From NCBI GenBank assembly GCA_041663285.1, contig JBAZSP010000001.1, positions 7,454-71,453 of the forward strand: DNA of 64,000 nt, read 5' to 3'. A program made the translations under genes and the position numbers. This DNA is from Candidatus Shapirobacteria bacterium. GTDB lineage: Bacteria; Patescibacteriota; Microgenomatia; UBA12405. Positions 36,789 to 47,436 of this stretch are shown piece after piece. The number at the start of each line of letters is the position of its first letter. Within the stretch, counting starts at the first letter, position 1. The notes beneath the pieces are model-generated. The model was given only the letters and a program-made list of their open reading frames with translations, did no database searches and was not told where the DNA came from.

Positions 36789-37241
36789 ATGACCAAAAAA
36801 TATCAAAAAGCTTTTACTTTAATCGAACTCTTAGTTGTCATCTCCATTATTGCTACTCTTGCTGCCGTAGTCTTCGTCGCCCTAGATCCTGCCAAAAGGC
36901 TCAAAGATGCCCGTGATTCGCGCCGTTGGAACGATGTTAATACCCTCTTAACTGCTATGCATCAATATATCGTCGATACCGGTGGTTCTATGCCTCCAGG
37001 AGTAACCTCTACTGCTTCCCAGCTTGGCACCTGTGCCTCCGGTGGAGCTACCAACTGCACGGGAGCTGGTACAGCTTGTCTTGATATTGGAGGCACTTTA
37101 GTAAAATATCTAAAAAGTGTCCCGGTTGATCCCAAGGGCTCTGCCGCCTCGACTGGCTATTCGGTGGTAAAAGACACCAACAACATCTTGACCATCAATG
37201 CCTGTCTTAGCGAAGGTACGACCATCTCCGTCTCCCGCTAA
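36789..37241 (+). CDS. Probable major pilin
   Basis: A|FTLIELLVVISII, ARDSRR..D, YL..VPVDP, Cys pairs. Confidence 0.88.
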   Translation: MTKKYQKAFTLIELLVVISIIATLAAVVFVALDPAKRLKDARDSRRWNDVNTLLTAMHQYIVDTGGSMPPGVTSTASQLGTCASGGATNCTGAGTACLDIGGTLVKYLKSVPVDPKGSAASTGYSVVKDTNNILTINACLSEGTTISVSR

Positions 37242-37346
37242 AAGCCGAAGCTATTTGTAGGTTTGATTTTTCTATTGGCCAGGCTGAAACGTAGGGCTAC
37301 AGGTATCTTTTGCCCTCGGTTTTCTTTAGAATTAAACAACCTACCC

Positions 37347-40300
37347 ATGAAAACTCTATGGCACCTTGGCCGGAAGGCTTATATTTCCGTATCAGGATTA
37401 CTTCTTTTATTACTTTCCCTTTCTCAACCCGCCTTTTCTGTAACTCACGACATAGCCGATAGCAACAACTGGAATCTCAAGATTACAAAAGTCACCGGAG
37501 AAATAGACAAATATAATTTTGCCGATGTCAACAATAACGGCATTAATGACCTCCTTCTTTGTAACGAATACATCAATAATCATAACGGAACCTATTCCGG
37601 TTCCTGTTATGTAATCTATGATTCCATCTTGTCGCGTTTTCAGGGTATCGGTCAAACGTTGGATATAACTAACAGTCAAAATTACAGTCTTCGGTTCGAC
37701 GGGCCTATGGCGCAAACAAAGTTGGGATATTCCAGCGGTACCACGGTGGGGGACTTTAATGGTAATGGCAAAGCCGACCTTCTAATTCCTGCCTCTTATG
37801 CCTTTATCCTTAATTGGGGTTCCGGTTCCTTCTACGTTATTATGGATGATATTTTGGATGACTTTGTTGGAGTCGGCAACACCATTGATTTGGCGGATCC
37901 CAACAGTTTTAGTATTCGCTATGATGGCCACACCTCCGGGAGTGTTAAAAACTATGCTTCAGAAGCAACCCTGCTTGCAGCCGATGTCAACAACAACGGT
38001 ATAGACGACATCATCTCCGGTTCCGGTCACTCCGGCCTTGTTGGCCGGGATCGTTCCGGCTCTCTTTATGTAATTTATGACGGGCTAATCCGAAGCAAAT
38101 CTGGGCGTGGAAATTTGGTGGATTTATGGCAGGGAGAAAATGCTTACAATATTGTTTTTTATAATGCTGCTAACACCTATTTTTCCTTATATAACAGCAC
38201 TCTGGTAAAAGATTTCGACCACAATGGTAAAAACGATATCCTGGTTGGTGCCGGCTACGCCGACAATCGCTCCCTGACCAATTCGGGGTCTCTCTACTTT
38301 ATCTCTGACGATATCATCGACAACTATTCCGAAACCAACCATCAAGTAGATTTATCTAATATTAATAATTTTTCCTGGCGGCTTGATGGTGCGGCTGCCG
38401 GCGACATGTTATCTTATGCCAGTATTGCCGCCGGCGATTTAAATAATAATGGTTTGAACGACTTGGCCATATCTTCTTCCGGAGCCGACAATCGTTCCCG
38501 CTCCGGTTCTGGTTCCTATTATATTTTGTTTGATTCTTTCTTTTCTTCGCTAGTCGGCGTTGGTAAGACCTTAAACTTGGCCAACGGCAACTTCAGTATT
38601 CGCTACGATGGCGCAAGCCCCGACTCTGCTTTGGGATACAGCTCTAAAGATGTCTTTGATTTCAACAACGATGGTTTTAATGACCTGGTTATCCCCAGTT
38701 ACGGTGACTCAAACAACAGTCGTCCCTATTCCGGCTCGACTTATTTAATCTACAATACTAAATTTACCGGATTAACCGGTCTGAACAATACCATCGACAT
38801 CTCCGATCCCGAAAAGTATGATATCAGATTCGACGGAGATGTGGCTGATGGTTACTATTCTTTTCAAAATAATTTTGGTGATTTAAACGGCGACGGCAGC
38901 ACTGATTTATTAAGTTTTTCCCCGGGGGACTGGGATCAAAACGGCTACATGTATCTGATTTACAATTTTCCCCACACCATTACATCCAACAATAGTTCTT
39001 CTTCCATTGGAACCACCCTGATCACCGGTTCTGTGGTAGCTACCCAATCAGTTACCGCCATTTCTGGTGTCCAGTATCAAATCGGTAGCTCCAACCCCGC
39101 TTCCGGCTGGAGTGATTGCGTTGCCGCAGACGGTGCGTTTGGCGAAAAATCCGAAGATTACTCTTGTTATCTTGCCGGCCTTACTAATGGGTCTTCTCAC
39201 ATTGTCTACTTCCGTGCTTACGATGCCAACACTTCTTACACCTCATCTTCCCGTTATTCTTCCGTTTCTTTTACCTACGACGTTTCTCCTCCCAGCTTAG
39301 ACACTCCTTCGGTTACAGTCTTCGGTACCGGCGCCACTCTGGCCTGGGTTACCACCGAGGAATCTTCTTCTCAAATTAACTATGGATTAACATCGTTGCT
39401 GGGGAGCTCCACCCCTCAAGCCGATACTTCTCCACTGGTTACATCCCACACCGTCGAGCTTACTTCCTTAGTCCCTTGCACCCTCTATTACTTCCAAGCC
39501 ATTTCTACTGATCTTGCTTTAAACCAGTCAGCTGGTAATAGCGGCACTTTTATCACTTCCGGGTGTCCCGGTAACTCCGAAATTAGCCTAACTGCCAGTC
39601 AGATTGTTCCGGTTTCAACCGGTGCCACTTCCACTCTCTCTTCTATAGGTAGTACCTTGGCTTTGTCTCTTCCCTCATCCTACTCTGCCGCTGATGCCAC
39701 CATCCAGCTAAAGCAACTTGACCACCAGTCAGTCATAGCTGCTCTAAATACCCCCTCCCTTGATTACCTCCAAAGCTCCCTAGTCTTTGACCTAAAAGCT
39801 TTGTCCTCTACTGGTTCGACCGTTTCTTCCTTTATCCAGCCCCTGACCCTAACCCTGCTCTATTCCTATTCTCAAATTCCCAATTTGGACGAAGGCACCC
39901 TTATGTTCTATTACCACGATGGTTCCTCTTGGAATCCTTTAGTCGATTCGGTAGTCAATAAGGAGAGTCGCACTCTAACTGCCACCACCACCCACTTTTC
40001 CACCTTTATGGTTTTTGGCAAATCTTCTTCCGGCATGATTACTTCTCCGGCCTCTCCCTCATCTTCTTCTTCACAAGCCCCTGTTTGCGGTGACCCGCCA
40101 CCGTCTTCAACCCCCGACCTTTTCCAGATCGACACTACCTCGACAACCGCCAAGCTCTTCTTTACCCCAATTTCTAATACCTCTGAATTTTTCATCTCTT
40201 TTTCTTCTAGCCCGACTGCAGAAGAGCATGGAGAAAAGGTCACCTTATTACGTGAAGGAGTCCAGTCTCACACTCTCTTTAGTCTTAAACCCTCTACCAT

Positions 40301-40622
40301 CTATTATTTTAAAGTCAGAGGCCAGAGTGGTTGCACCCCCGGGGGGTGGTCCAAAATCCTAAAGGCCAAAACCGGGTCATCCAAGGCCGTCATAACTAAA
40401 TACTATCCTAACTCCCTTATCCCTCAATCACCGCCCGCGTCAATCTCAAAGTCCAAATCCAAAACCCTTACCACCCAAGCTACTCCTTCCGTTTTTAATG
40501 ATTTAGCCCCATCTTTTCAGCCCACCTCGGTTCCTCAACATCCAGCGCCAACCTTGCCCGCTCCAACTTCAACGCCCAGTCCTGGTTTCTGGCCTCAGCT
40601 AAAAAGTATTCTTGGTTTATAA
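37347..40622 (+). CDS. Secreted FG-GAP (integrin-alpha-like) beta-propeller protein with FN3 domains
   Basis: Start refined to ATG 37347; signal peptide, seven D.N.(N/D)G..D motifs, FN3-like repeats (L.P.T.YYF), THFS motif, Pro/Ser/Thr tail. Confidence 0.85.
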   Translation: MKTLWHLGRKAYISVSGLLLLLLSLSQPAFSVTHDIADSNNWNLKITKVTGEIDKYNFADVNNNGINDLLLCNEYINNHNGTYSGSCYVIYDSILSRFQGIGQTLDITNSQNYSLRFDGPMAQTKLGYSSGTTVGDFNGNGKADLLIPASYAFILNWGSGSFYVIMDDILDDFVGVGNTIDLADPNSFSIRYDGHTSGSVKNYASEATLLAADVNNNGIDDIISGSGHSGLVGRDRSGSLYVIYDGLIRSKSGRGNLVDLWQGENAYNIVFYNAANTYFSLYNSTLVKDFDHNGKNDILVGAGYADNRSLTNSGSLYFISDDIIDNYSETNHQVDLSNINNFSWRLDGAAAGDMLSYASIAAGDLNNNGLNDLAISSSGADNRSRSGSGSYYILFDSFFSSLVGVGKTLNLANGNFSIRYDGASPDSALGYSSKDVFDFNNDGFNDLVIPSYGDSNNSRPYSGSTYLIYNTKFTGLTGLNNTIDISDPEKYDIRFDGDVADGYYSFQNNFGDLNGDGSTDLLSFSPGDWDQNGYMYLIYNFPHTITSNNSSSSIGTTLITGSVVATQSVTAISGVQYQIGSSNPASGWSDCVAADGAFGEKSEDYSCYLAGLTNGSSHIVYFRAYDANTSYTSSSRYSSVSFTYDVSPPSLDTPSVTVFGTGATLAWVTTEESSSQINYGLTSLLGSSTPQADTSPLVTSHTVELTSLVPCTLYYFQAISTDLALNQSAGNSGTFITSGCPGNSEISLTASQIVPVSTGATSTLSSIGSTLALSLPSSYSAADATIQLKQLDHQSVIAALNTPSLDYLQSSLVFDLKALSSTGSTVSSFIQPLTLTLLYSYSQIPNLDEGTLMFYYHDGSSWNPLVDSVVNKESRTLTATTTHFSTFMVFGKSSSGMITSPASPSSSSSQAPVCGDPPPSSTPDLFQIDTTSTTAKLFFTPISNTSEFFISFSSSPTAEEHGEKVTLLREGVQSHTLFSLKPSTIYYFKVRGQSGCTPGGWSKILKAKTGSSKAVITKYYPNSLIPQSPPASISKSKSKTLTTQATPSVFNDLAPSFQPTSVPQHPAPTLPAPTSTPSPGFWPQLKSILGL

Positions 40623-40754
40623 CTCTTATCGTGGGAAATCAAGGCTATTTTCTTCCGCCGCTAAATTCTAGAACCGAAGAATCGAACTTCTAACCGGCCA
40701 CCGGTTTAGGCTTTATCTATGGCGTTGACACTGATTGGCGAAAATTTGAAGTTA

Positions 40755-41159
40755 TTAAAGTATAGTTGGAAGAATCAGTATATTAGGATGTAAATTTAGA
40801 CCTTTAATATCTTTTTTACTAAAGAATTTTAGCTCAACGCTTTCATCAGCGTTTCCGAGAAATTCAAAAGAGTCTACCTCCACCTTAAAAGCCAACATCA
40901 CTTTTGGTGTAAACCTGTTGGTGCCATTAGTGGCTAGTGTCCACGCGTATTGTGGCTGATCTGACACTTTAGTAATCCCGACTCCGATCTCCTCCTTAAT
41001 TTCTCTTCTAAGTCCTTCAACAAATGTTTCCCCTACTTCTAGCCCGCCTCCGGGTAATTCCCATCTTCCGTCAGCCTCTTTGATTAATAAAATTTTATTA
41101 TTCTTATATATTAATGCCTTGGTTGACACTCGATAAAAACAAGGAGGTAACTTCTGCAT
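40755..41159 (-). CDS. NUDIX hydrolase
   Basis: WELPGGGLEVGE....LRREIKEEIG. Confidence 0.93.
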   Translation of the reverse strand: MQKLPPCFYRVSTKALIYKNNKILLIKEADGRWELPGGGLEVGETFVEGLRREIKEEIGVGITKVSDQPQYAWTLATNGTNRFTPKVMLAFKVEVDSFEFLGNADESVELKFFSKKDIKGLNLHPNILILPTIL

Positions 41160-41165
41160 ATCCGA

Positions 41166-42236
41166 CTATTCCTTTTTCATCTCCGCCTTAAAGTAATCCA
41201 CCCAGGGTATTCCCACTGGGTCGATTCCATTAAGCATTGCCAAATAAAAACAAATATATTCCCCGACCGTTAATGCTTCAAAGGCTTGGGCTAATTTGCT
41301 TTCCGTCTCGATATTAATTTCAATAGCCGGAATATTATTTTTTTCGATTACTCTTTTTGTTACCTCAAAGCGCCTAGTTATTGGGTGGCTGTAAGTTTTT
41401 GTTGTCAGCATTACCGCAATCAAATTAGCATTGTTTGTCAAAGGATAAGCCAAACCTTCCATTAAGTGGTGGTTGGCTTCCGGAATCAAAAAGTATGTCC
41501 CCATCGTTTTAGCATTTTCGTTTAGCACGTTGCATACCGCCTTGGCACACCCTCCCAAATGCTCCGCCGCCATGATCAAAACGACCCGGTTGTAAAGTCT
41601 ATCAGCTATTTTTTTGGCCGCGTTTTCTTGTTGAGGTCGATCCACCGCCAGTTCTTGTTGTTTCTTTCGGATTGTTTTTATTACTTCTTCAAAATCTTGG
41701 TCACTTACAGCCAGGCAGCCGGCTTTTATCAGCAATCCCAATATCCCGATTACGCTATAGCCTATGGCCATTCTTGGCTGCCCGCATGGGTTATGGGTAG
41801 GGTTAATTCTAAAATAAGTCCAGTTGTTAGCTTGTGCCACTTTTTCAAGCTCCCCTCCGGCCGATATCGCCATTATTTTTGCCCCTCTTTTTTTGGCCTC
41901 CTCCCCGGCCGCCAGCACCTCTTCGGTGGTGCCAGAATAACTTGAAAGTATTACTAAAGTATTCGAATCGGCGTATTCCGGCAATCGGTAATCACGCACA
42001 ATTTCCAGAGGTAGTTTTAATTTATCAAAATAAACGGATTTTATAATTTCAGCGCCCAGTGCCGATCCTCCCATCCCCGAAACAACAATTTTATCGACAT
42101 CATCAAAATTATCTTTAACAGCAATCTTTTTTACTTCCTCCCATGCTTGCAGGCATTGCTCGTCCAGCTGATTTATTGATTCCAGTACCCTACTCTTATC
42201 TAAAGCCTTTATTTGATCAAAATCATCTAAATTCAT
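41166..42236 (-). CDS. Bifunctional phosphoglucose/phosphomannose isomerase
   Basis: GMGGS, SSYSGTTEE, QPR, NENAK, PEANH. Confidence 0.92.
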   Translation of the reverse strand: MNLDDFDQIKALDKSRVLESINQLDEQCLQAWEEVKKIAVKDNFDDVDKIVVSGMGGSALGAEIIKSVYFDKLKLPLEIVRDYRLPEYADSNTLVILSSYSGTTEEVLAAGEEAKKRGAKIMAISAGGELEKVAQANNWTYFRINPTHNPCGQPRMAIGYSVIGILGLLIKAGCLAVSDQDFEEVIKTIRKKQQELAVDRPQQENAAKKIADRLYNRVVLIMAAEHLGGCAKAVCNVLNENAKTMGTYFLIPEANHHLMEGLAYPLTNNANLIAVMLTTKTYSHPITRRFEVTKRVIEKNNIPAIEINIETESKLAQAFEALTVGEYICFYLAMLNGIDPVGIPWVDYFKAEMKKE

Positions 42237-42269
42237 GAATCAGTTTATCATAATGCTAAACTATAAAAA

Positions 42270-43337
42270 ATGCTTAAACCGTCGGCCTTTTCCTATATCC
42301 TACCGCCCAACTTAATCGCCAATCAGTCGGTTTCCCCCCGCGATCACAGCCGCCTATTAACTCTGAACCGTCAAAATGGAGCTATCGGCCACTGCCGTTT
42401 TTTCGATTTACCCACCCTGCTGAGTTCAAATGACGTCCTGGTTCTTAACCAGTCCAAAGTATTCCCGGCTCGTCTACTTGGCTGCAAATCTACCGGTGGC
42501 AAAGTCGAAATTTTATTATTACATCAAATAGGTTCCAATACATGGTCAGCAATTGCTTCTCCCCGGCCTAATGTCGGCTTAAAGCTTCTGTTTGGCCAAA
42601 ATTTAGAAGGATGTGTTACCCAAAGTTTATCTTCTACCGGGGAAATTACAATTGATTTTAACCAGTCATCAGCCGAAATTTTTACGACCTTGGATTTAAT
42701 AGGTCTTACTCCCGTCCCTCCTTATATTCACTCCACTTTACCCGAACCGGAGCTGCGCCGGAATTATCAAACCGTTTATGCCAAAGAGGTCGGCTCTGCT
42801 GCCGCTCCCACTGCCGGCTTGCACTTTACCGACCATTTACTTGACACTCTCCGCGATAGGGGAGTCACCATTGAATATCTTACTCTTCATGTTGGTCTTG
42901 GAACTTTTAAGCCCCTTAATCCCAACAATTTTTCCACCTCTTCTCTCCACTCAGAAATTTATCAAATCGACTCCCAGGTTGCCGCCCGGTTAAATAAGGC
43001 CAAATCCAGCGGTAAAAGAATTATCGCCGTCGGCACCACCACTGCCCGTACTCTGGAGTCAGCAGTTGACTCCCGGGGTGTACTTTATAACTTATCTTCC
43101 GCTACCGATCTTTTTATCTATCCGCCATACCGGTTTAAATTTATTGATAGTCTGATAACCAATTTTCATCTACCCCAATCAAGTCTATTGGTATTAGTTA
43201 CCGCCTTCAGCTGCTTTCCCAATACTCCGCATAAATACCGTAGGTTTGAAGATACTATTATATATAATGCCTATCAACAGGCCATTAGGCAAAATTATCG
43301 CTTTTTTTCCTTTGGTGACGCCTGCTGGATTTACTAA
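42270..43337 (+). CDS. queA: SAM:tRNA ribosyltransferase-isomerase
   Basis: PPYI, YQTVYA, AAPTAGLHF, LHVGLGTF, TNFHLP, YRFFSFGD. Confidence 0.97.
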   Translation: MLKPSAFSYILPPNLIANQSVSPRDHSRLLTLNRQNGAIGHCRFFDLPTLLSSNDVLVLNQSKVFPARLLGCKSTGGKVEILLLHQIGSNTWSAIASPRPNVGLKLLFGQNLEGCVTQSLSSTGEITIDFNQSSAEIFTTLDLIGLTPVPPYIHSTLPEPELRRNYQTVYAKEVGSAAAPTAGLHFTDHLLDTLRDRGVTIEYLTLHVGLGTFKPLNPNNFSTSSLHSEIYQIDSQVAARLNKAKSSGKRIIAVGTTTARTLESAVDSRGVLYNLSSATDLFIYPPYRFKFIDSLITNFHLPQSSLLVLVTAFSCFPNTPHKYRRFEDTIIYNAYQQAIRQNYRFFSFGDACWIY

Positions 43338-43359
43338 AAATATCTAATACAATAACTTA

Positions 43360-43881
43360 GTGAATTTAAAAAACCAAGTCAGAGAAGTACCGAACTGGCC
43401 GATTTCGGGAGTTAATTTTAAAGATATTACGCCCATACTTCAAAGCCCCCCGGCATTTCGTTATCTGATTAATAAGCTTTGCTTGCCATACAAAAAGATC
43501 AAGGTTGATAAAGTCATCGCTATCGATGCTCGGGGCTTTCTAATCGCTACTCCTATGGCCTATCTACTCCGGGCGGGAGTTTGCTTGGTCCGGAAAAAGG
43601 GAAAGCTGCCCCGTGCCACTATTGAAACGACCTACCAAAAAGAATACGGTCCCGACATTTTGGCCATGCACCGCGACTCTGTTCAGTCCGGCGAAAAGGT
43701 AGTTATTGTTGACGACGTTTTGGCTACCGGCGGCACCCTGTCGGCCGCTGCCAATCTGGTGTCAAAGCTCGGTGGTCAAATTATCGGTATTAGCGTAATT
43801 ATTGATTTACCCTTTTTAGGAGGGCGTAAGTTGCTTAATCAATACTCTGTTCATTCCCTGATTTCTTATGAAAACGGCTAA
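43360..43881 (+). CDS. apt: Adenine phosphoribosyltransferase
   Basis: FKDIT, ARGF, RKKGKLP, EYG, VDDVLATGGT. Confidence 0.97.
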   Translation: MNLKNQVREVPNWPISGVNFKDITPILQSPPAFRYLINKLCLPYKKIKVDKVIAIDARGFLIATPMAYLLRAGVCLVRKKGKLPRATIETTYQKEYGPDILAMHRDSVQSGEKVVIVDDVLATGGTLSAAANLVSKLGGQIIGISVIIDLPFLGGRKLLNQYSVHSLISYENG

Positions 43882-44623
43882 CAAAATACTTATTGGTATT
43901 ATTGGCGGTTCCGGTTTGGACGACCCCAAAATTTTAAAAGACTTTACGTCTACCCAGCCCCAAACTCCTTATGGTTTTCCTTCCAGTCCAATTACTCTTG
44001 GCCAAATTGGCGGCCAGCCAGTGGCCATTATTGCCCGGCACGGCTCAAAGCACGACCTGCCACCGACTTTGGTACCCTACCGCGCCAATATTTGGGCTCT
44101 AAAAAAAATTGGCTGCAGTCATGTTTTGGCCACCACCGCTTGTGGTTCTTTAAGAGCCAAAATCAAGCCGGGCGATTTAGTTTTTCCCGACCAATTTATC
44201 GATTTTACCCGGCTTAGACCGCTCACCTTCTTCGATTATAAAGTTGTTCACACCTCGATGGCCTCGCCCTTTGACGCCGGGCTTCGCCGACAGCTAATAG
44301 AAGCGGCGGATAATCTCCATTTTGCCTACCATCCGGCTGGCACCGTCATTACCATTGAAGGCCCCCGGTTTTCTACTAAAGCCGAATCCAAGCTTTTCCG
44401 TCTTTGGGGTGCTGATCTTATCAACATGTCAACCGTCCCCGAAATAGTCTTAGCCAACGAAATCGGTTTACCGTATCAGTCAATTGCCATGTCTACCGAC
44501 TATGATTGCTGGAAAACCAACGAAGCTCCGGTAACTTTCGACATGGTTATGGAGCGGATGCACTCAAACGCCGACAAGGTCAAACACTTGCTTATTGATG
44601 TCGTCTCCTCTTTCTCACCCTAA
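43868..44623 (+). CDS. mtnP: Methylthioadenosine phosphorylase
   Basis: GIIGGSG, RHG..H, YRANI, EGPRFST.AES, MS..PE, TDYD. Confidence 0.94.
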   Translation: MKTANKILIGIIGGSGLDDPKILKDFTSTQPQTPYGFPSSPITLGQIGGQPVAIIARHGSKHDLPPTLVPYRANIWALKKIGCSHVLATTACGSLRAKIKPGDLVFPDQFIDFTRLRPLTFFDYKVVHTSMASPFDAGLRRQLIEAADNLHFAYHPAGTVITIEGPRFSTKAESKLFRLWGADLINMSTVPEIVLANEIGLPYQSIAMSTDYDCWKTNEAPVTFDMVMERMHSNADKVKHLLIDVVSSFSP

Positions 44624-44665
44624 TTTCCGCTGGATAATCTCTACCCGGTTCTATAGAATGTTTAT

Positions 44666-45622
44666 ATGCTGATTATCGGAAGACTGCTTTTGTTGATTCT
44701 GACTTCAATTTCTCTGGGCGAGTTTTCTAAGCGGATTATCCGCCATCTCGATAGTTATACCCGGCATGCGGGCATCAGTCATTTTGCCGCTACTGCTATC
44801 ATAATTTCTCTAACTACCAGTTTTCCCGAGTTAATAGTAGCGGTTTCTTCATCTTTCAAAAATGCCTCTGCCTTGGCCTTTGGTAATGCCCTGGGAGCCA
44901 ACATGATCAACATTTCTTTAGTGATTGGCCTAACAGCAATTGTCGGCAAATCCTTATTTTTTAATCACTCCACCCGGCCTGACAAAATATTGTTGCCCCT
45001 CCTTTTTTCTTTCCTGCCATTAATATTTGCCTTAAACGGCACCATAACTCGGCTAGAAGGCCTTATTCTTCTTGGTTTTTATTTTTTCTACATCCGCAGC
45101 CTTATTTTGTCGATCAGGGAAAATCCGGTTATATCAGCTCCGGTACAAAGCAGCCCCAAGTTTATTAGCCCCCATTCTGTCAAACATCTTTTGATGATTA
45201 TTTTTTGGGGCTCACTTTTGGTGGTTGCTGCCCAAATCGTGATTTCTATTTCCCACTCCATGGCAGGAGATCTTGGTCTGTCGTTAAGCTTTATCGGAAT
45301 TTTTATTATCTCTATCGGCACCACCCTGCCCGAGCTCTTCTTCAACATTAAGGCAGTCAGGCATCAGCACGGCTCTATGGCCACCGCCAATGTTGTCGGC
45401 TCCTGCATCACCAACGCCAATTTAATTTTAGGTTTATCGGCCTTAATTAACCCGATCACCTTTACTCGTAGTTACGATATGATTTTGCCGATTATTGAAT
45501 ATTTTTTCGTTACCGTTCTATTTTTCTTTTTTGTTACCACCAAAAAACGTCTTGACACCTGGGAAGCTTATGTCTTGGTCGTCTTTTTTCTCTTTTACGC
45601 CCTTCTCGAAGTACTTTTTTAA
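44666..45622 (+). CDS. Na+/Ca2+ (CaCA) antiporter
   Basis: Alpha repeats TSFPEL..GN..GAN and GTTLPEL..N..GS..N. Confidence 0.9.
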   Translation: MLIIGRLLLLILTSISLGEFSKRIIRHLDSYTRHAGISHFAATAIIISLTTSFPELIVAVSSSFKNASALAFGNALGANMINISLVIGLTAIVGKSLFFNHSTRPDKILLPLLFSFLPLIFALNGTITRLEGLILLGFYFFYIRSLILSIRENPVISAPVQSSPKFISPHSVKHLLMIIFWGSLLVVAAQIVISISHSMAGDLGLSLSFIGIFIISIGTTLPELFFNIKAVRHQHGSMATANVVGSCITNANLILGLSALINPITFTRSYDMILPIIEYFFVTVLFFFFVTTKKRLDTWEAYVLVVFFLFYALLEVLF

Positions 45623-46320
45623 TATCTTTTAATAATATATTTCTTTTCCAAATACTTTAGCCCTTTTTTCTCTACCAGCACAAAATTATCTTCAACTCCG
45701 TCAAATAAATCTGGCAGATTAAAAAATTCATCTCTCGTTAACCACCTATTTTCGCCACCTTCAAACTTTTCAATTAATTTCCCTTCCAGTTTATCTGCTT
45801 TAAACACAAAAAAGAATTTGTCTTCCAGCATCTCATTTCCGGCTGAATAATCCATTTTATGTTTAACCCCACGTAGCCTAACCCTACCGGTCAATCCGGT
45901 TTCTTCCCTAAGCTCCCGCAGCGCTGCTTCACCGATTGTTTCACTCCACCTTACTTTTCCGGTCAAAAATCCACTATAGCCAAAAAACGGTTGTTTTAAT
46001 CTTTTTTGGACCAAATAGTAAATTTTTCCTTTAATAGTTTTTTGGGGCATAACCAGCACCGCCACCTTAGCTTGTTTTTCTATATTTAAGCTTTCTGTGT
46101 CCAACCTATTAGCAAACTCTTTTCCTACTCTGGTTAATTCATAACCTCCGTCACCGTTTTTCTGGATTAACTTATCGTTTCTTAACTGCCGTAAATGAAA
46201 AGAAAATAGGTCGGTGGTTAATCCGGTCAAATTCAGTTCGGCAAATCGCGCCTGAAGTTTAAATAATAAAGTCTTTAATACTTGGGCCTGAATTGGGTGC
46301 AGTTTAATTTCAGTATTCAT
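45619..46320 (-). CDS. Winged-helix plus NUDIX protein
   Basis: FSFHLRQL...YELT..G, then GK...E....AALRELREETG. Confidence 0.85.
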   Translation of the reverse strand: MNTEIKLHPIQAQVLKTLLFKLQARFAELNLTGLTTDLFSFHLRQLRNDKLIQKNGDGGYELTRVGKEFANRLDTESLNIEKQAKVAVLVMPQKTIKGKIYYLVQKRLKQPFFGYSGFLTGKVRWSETIGEAALRELREETGLTGRVRLRGVKHKMDYSAGNEMLEDKFFFVFKADKLEGKLIEKFEGGENRWLTRDEFFNLPDLFDGVEDNFVLVEKKGLKYLEKKYIIKRY

Positions 46321-46369
46321 GGCCTAGTTTATGCCAAAATCATCACACTTCAAGTGAAGGGCTCTTCAC

Positions 46370-46726
46370 TTAACGTCTAGTTCTCAATCTTCCGTCTATC
46401 AAAAAAGCTGCTAAATATACTGTCCCCATTAGGCCAATTATTAGGCTAAAACATATCACGGCGATATAAATTTTATCAAGTTTAAGTACTATGCCAATAG
46501 CCGCTAAAACTAACCCCATCAATATTGTCACCCAATTACCATAAGTATTCCAGGCTTTTGTGATTTTTGGGTACGATTTTGTTAACCTTAAAACCTTTTC
46601 TTTATTACTTTTTGGTAGTGCAAAACCGTCTATTTTCCACTGTGGATAACTTTGAGTTGTGGCCAATAACCCCAAAATTGCTCCTGGTACAAATCCCAAA
46701 ATTAGGCTTAGTTCTAGCTGTTCCAT
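46370..46726 (-). CDS. Hypothetical 3-TM protein
   Basis: Three hydrophobic segments; no family recognised. Confidence 0.6.
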   Translation of the reverse strand: MEQLELSLILGFVPGAILGLLATTQSYPQWKIDGFALPKSNKEKVLRLTKSYPKITKAWNTYGNWVTILMGLVLAAIGIVLKLDKIYIAVICFSLIIGLMGTVYLAAFLIDGRLRTRR

Positions 46727-46960
46727 AATTTGTATTTTACACCGCTAATTGCTTTTTACTGTCTCTTCAGGAAATATTAAATTTAAAAATTGAATCAAGC
46801 CAAAGAACAAAATGAGGATTGTACATAAAAAAGTATAACCCATTCCACTATTCCCCTGATACCAGCCAGAAATAGGACCGCCCCGGGAAGTCGGTAGCTA
46901 GACGATTGTATTATTCTTATACGTTACCAAAAAAAACAAAAATCAGTTACAATTATTTCA

Positions 46961-47425
46961 ATGACTACATCACCAAGCTGGAGACCGCTTCCAGGTTTTT
47001 TTATACCCCTTTGTTTATCACTTTTTATTGTGGCTACTTTAATCTACCAAAAGCAGCAAACCCGGCCTTTTGCCTATCAGCCACCAGAAACTTACGTTAC
47101 CCCACCTGTTCCCACCACAATCCCAACTCCCACCCCCTTTGTTTTTTCCGGGATTGGCATTCGAATCCGCAATTTTCAGGAAAGTCAGATACTGGTTGAA
47201 CAAGTCATTCCCTCTTCTCCGGCCGAAATGGCTGGCATCAAAGCTGATGATTTAATCACCCAAATCGACAATCTTCCTGTCTCCGGCACTGTCGATGACG
47301 CAGTTTCCCTAATTCGTGGCCCCGAAGGGAGTTCGGTTATCTTGACTATTGAGAGGCAAGGCAAGCAGCTAACCCAAAAAATCGTCCGGCAAACCATAAT
47401 CGACACCCTACCCCTTCCTGAATAA
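46961..47425 (+). CDS. Membrane-anchored PDZ protein (CtpA-like PDZ, no protease domain)
   Basis: FSGIGI, SPA..AGI, IRGPEGS.V.LTI.R. Confidence 0.88.
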   Translation: MTTSPSWRPLPGFFIPLCLSLFIVATLIYQKQQTRPFAYQPPETYVTPPVPTTIPTPTPFVFSGIGIRIRNFQESQILVEQVIPSSPAEMAGIKADDLITQIDNLPVSGTVDDAVSLIRGPEGSSVILTIERQGKQLTQKIVRQTIIDTLPLPE

Positions 47426-47436
47426 TTCAATCGCCG

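Noticed and set aside
46346-46371. CACTT-C-AAGTG palindrome and AAGTGAAG/CTTCACTT hairpin as an operator for the HTH-NUDIX gene
   Set aside because: Too short and single-copy to separate from chance or from a weak terminator.
46745-46900. Hydrophobic minus-strand reading-frame fragment
   Set aside because: Short, bounded by an upstream stop and unrecognisable; cannot be supported as a gene or pseudogene.
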